From the IMG/VR virus record IMGVR_UViG_3300028833_000099: DNA of 45,614 bases. One strand, written 5' to 3'. Both the position numbers and the translations under genes were made by a program. Below are positions 44,403 to 45,614 of the stretch, one piece after another. The notes under the pieces were generated by a model, which worked only from the letters and a program-made list of their open reading frames with translations, was not told the origin of the DNA and did no database searches. How positions within the stretch are numbered: position 1 is the stretch's first letter; every line of letters starts with the position of its first letter. This DNA is from a virus (taxonomy: Duplodnaviria; Heunggongvirae; Uroviricota; Caudoviricetes).

Positions 44403-45018
44403 CTGTATATAAATTGAATTTTTTTATTATTCCAAATACTTGTTCATTGACATAAGGAATTGGATTCATGCCTTTGCTTATCATGGCTCTGACTAGCGTT
44501 GATGATGCATCCATCCTCTGCGTTTTTATGTACCAAAAGCCGATATTTGTCAAATCATGTCTGTATCCTTCTTGTATTATGAATGGCACTTTATCATTAT
44601 CAATTTCCGTACCATCATTTCTTTTCGCCTCAATGAAACCTACTTTATTTTTAATGTCGGTTTCAAACTTTCTCCATTGAGTAACGGCATCAATTGTGTC
44701 ACTACCACAAATTATGAATAATTCATCATTTGGATAAGTTTCACGAATTTTCTCCAATACTTTATAAGAATATGTAGGAGGCTCGATGTCTTTCTCTAAT
44801 GTGCAGACTTTGCATTTATCACCAAATGCCCCTATTGATGCTGTTATCATTTCACAGCGTAATTCAAATGGTGCTGGTTCGTGTTTCTTCCAAGGATTAT
44901 GTTTTGCGACAACAAATAACACCTTATCACATAGTCCACCGTTAATTGCGCAAGAGGCAATATTAACATGTGCTATATGTATTGGGTCAAATGAGCCAAG
45001 TAGCAATCCTATTTTCAT
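44383..45018 (-). CDS. nadD: Nicotinate/nicotinamide-nucleotide adenylyltransferase
   Basis: GSFDPIH.AH, NPWK, SY..L..I...YP.DELFIICGSD, SST.VR. Confidence 0.88.
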   Translation of the reverse strand: MKIGLLLGSFDPIHIAHVNIASCAINGGLCDKVLFVVAKHNPWKKHEPAPFELRCEMITASIGAFGDKCKVCTLEKDIEPPTYSYKVLEKIRETYPNDELFIICGSDTIDAVTQWRKFETDIKNKVGFIEAKRNDGTEIDNDKVPFIIQEGYRHDLTNIGFWYIKTQRMDASSTLVRAMISKGMNPIPYVNEQVFGIIKKFNLYTDGEKNI

Positions 45019-45283
45019 AGTTATCACTTGTTAATGCGTCAAAAATGTCAGCACCGCAAGCAGCCCCAATGCTAAACAAATAGTAAATAGGCCACCCCAA
45101 AGCGCCATATATGGCTAATTTTTCTTTATTTTTGAGCAGATAGACGTATAGTTTTTCATCAACAATTCCATATTTGTATGTGGAATAATTTTTGTAATCA
45201 CTTATTTCGTCTTTAATGATGCTTTTTGTAACGGCATACATTATAGCGTATACTGTCAATATGATAGCGAAAATTAAAATCAT
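44987..45283 (-). CDS. Membrane hypothetical protein
   Basis: Two hydrophobic segments; promoter upstream. Confidence 0.7.
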   Translation of the reverse strand: MILIFAIILTVYAIMYAVTKSIIKDEISDYKNYSTYKYGIVDEKLYVYLLKNKEKLAIYGALGWPIYYLFSIGAACGADIFDALTSDNYENRIATWLI

Positions 45284-45349
45284 TATCTTTTTTTTGCAAA
45301 TATATGAAAAAAAAATTAATTAACCAAGATTTTTAAGGTTTTTTTATCT

Positions 45350-45614
45350 TTAAAAAAACTTGTTAATATCTTCTATGTAAACTGAATGAATTTCTCTATC
45401 ACTAGTAATCCTATTAAGTGGGGCAACTGCTGACATTTTAACGTATGAATCAATGATTTCATCCACATCTTTTAGCGTATTGTATGGACCAATCCAGATT
45501 TCTTCAGCCCATTCCTTATGCCTCACATAGTGTTTGCCATCTTTTGCTTTTCTAGACGTAAATGCACTGCGTTCAATGGGTCTTTGATACCAAGGAAGCT
45601 TGTTAACTTTTTCT
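45350..45614 (-). CDS. Hypothetical protein, 3' part only
   Basis: Open frame from window edge (EKVNKLPWYQRP...) to TAA. Confidence 0.7.
   Translation of the reverse strand, partial: EKVNKLPWYQRPIERSAFTSRKAKDGKHYVRHKEWAEEIWIGPYNTLKDVDEIIDSYVKMSAVAPLNRITSDREIHSVYIEDINKFF

Larger units (their letters stand above)
21174..45328 (-). promoter_or_regulatory. Six further Bacteroidota promoters (TATATTTG/TACATTTG variants)
   Basis: Plus-strand image CAAAT(A/G)TA with first C at 21174, 27314, 36546, 39491, 43226, 45297; CAAA/CCAA about 20 nt away. Confidence 0.8.

Noticed and set aside
1662-45034. Most plus-strand ORFs in the track, and alternative-frame minus ORFs (e.g. 1662..2102, 4006..4368, 10245..10664, 19090..19368, 21982..22515)
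   Set aside because: Shadows of real genes with no promoter or leader and atypical amino-acid composition.
1-45614. TAG-to-Gln recoding as in Lak or some crAss-like phages
   Set aside because: Long genes (651, 373, 366 aa) are open in the standard code. No gene looks split at TAG, and TAG ends 25529 and 27852 at plausible positions. Recoding elsewhere in the genome cannot be excluded.
1-45614. Prophage, IS or ICE boundaries
   Set aside because: No integrase, transposase, relaxase, att duplication or terminal inverted repeats seen.

Overview
AT-rich segment of a large lytic phage that probably infects Bacteroidales (Prevotella-like). The host is inferred from 32 copies of the Bacteroidota sigma-70 promoter (TTTG-N~20-TAnnTTTG) and from gene families typical of such phages. 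No capsid, terminase, polymerase or integrase gene is present, so this looks like an early/accessory region. Bases 1-17.9 kb are a minus-strand array of mostly 1-4-gene units. Each is built as terminator, upstream motif, promoter, leader (often AGGAG), gene, and the array includes DUF932, GP88-like and 3D-domain genes, a tRNA-like element and candidate ncRNAs. Bases 18.0-19.9 kb are a plus-strand block in which six 16-bp repeats bound five mini-gene units. Bases 19.9-45.6 kb are minus-strand operons with several tandem paralog expansions, one inverted acidic gene, and a host-like cluster (YqeY, M42 peptidase, TIGR02452 PARG-like, NadD-like). The strongest unexplained signals are non-coding: a TTAA-N6-TTAA dyad helically phased to the promoters, a second fixed-distance upstream element, anti-leader sequences just 5' of terminators, and the repeat-bounded mini-gene array. 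Family calls come from motif recognition only; no database searches were run.
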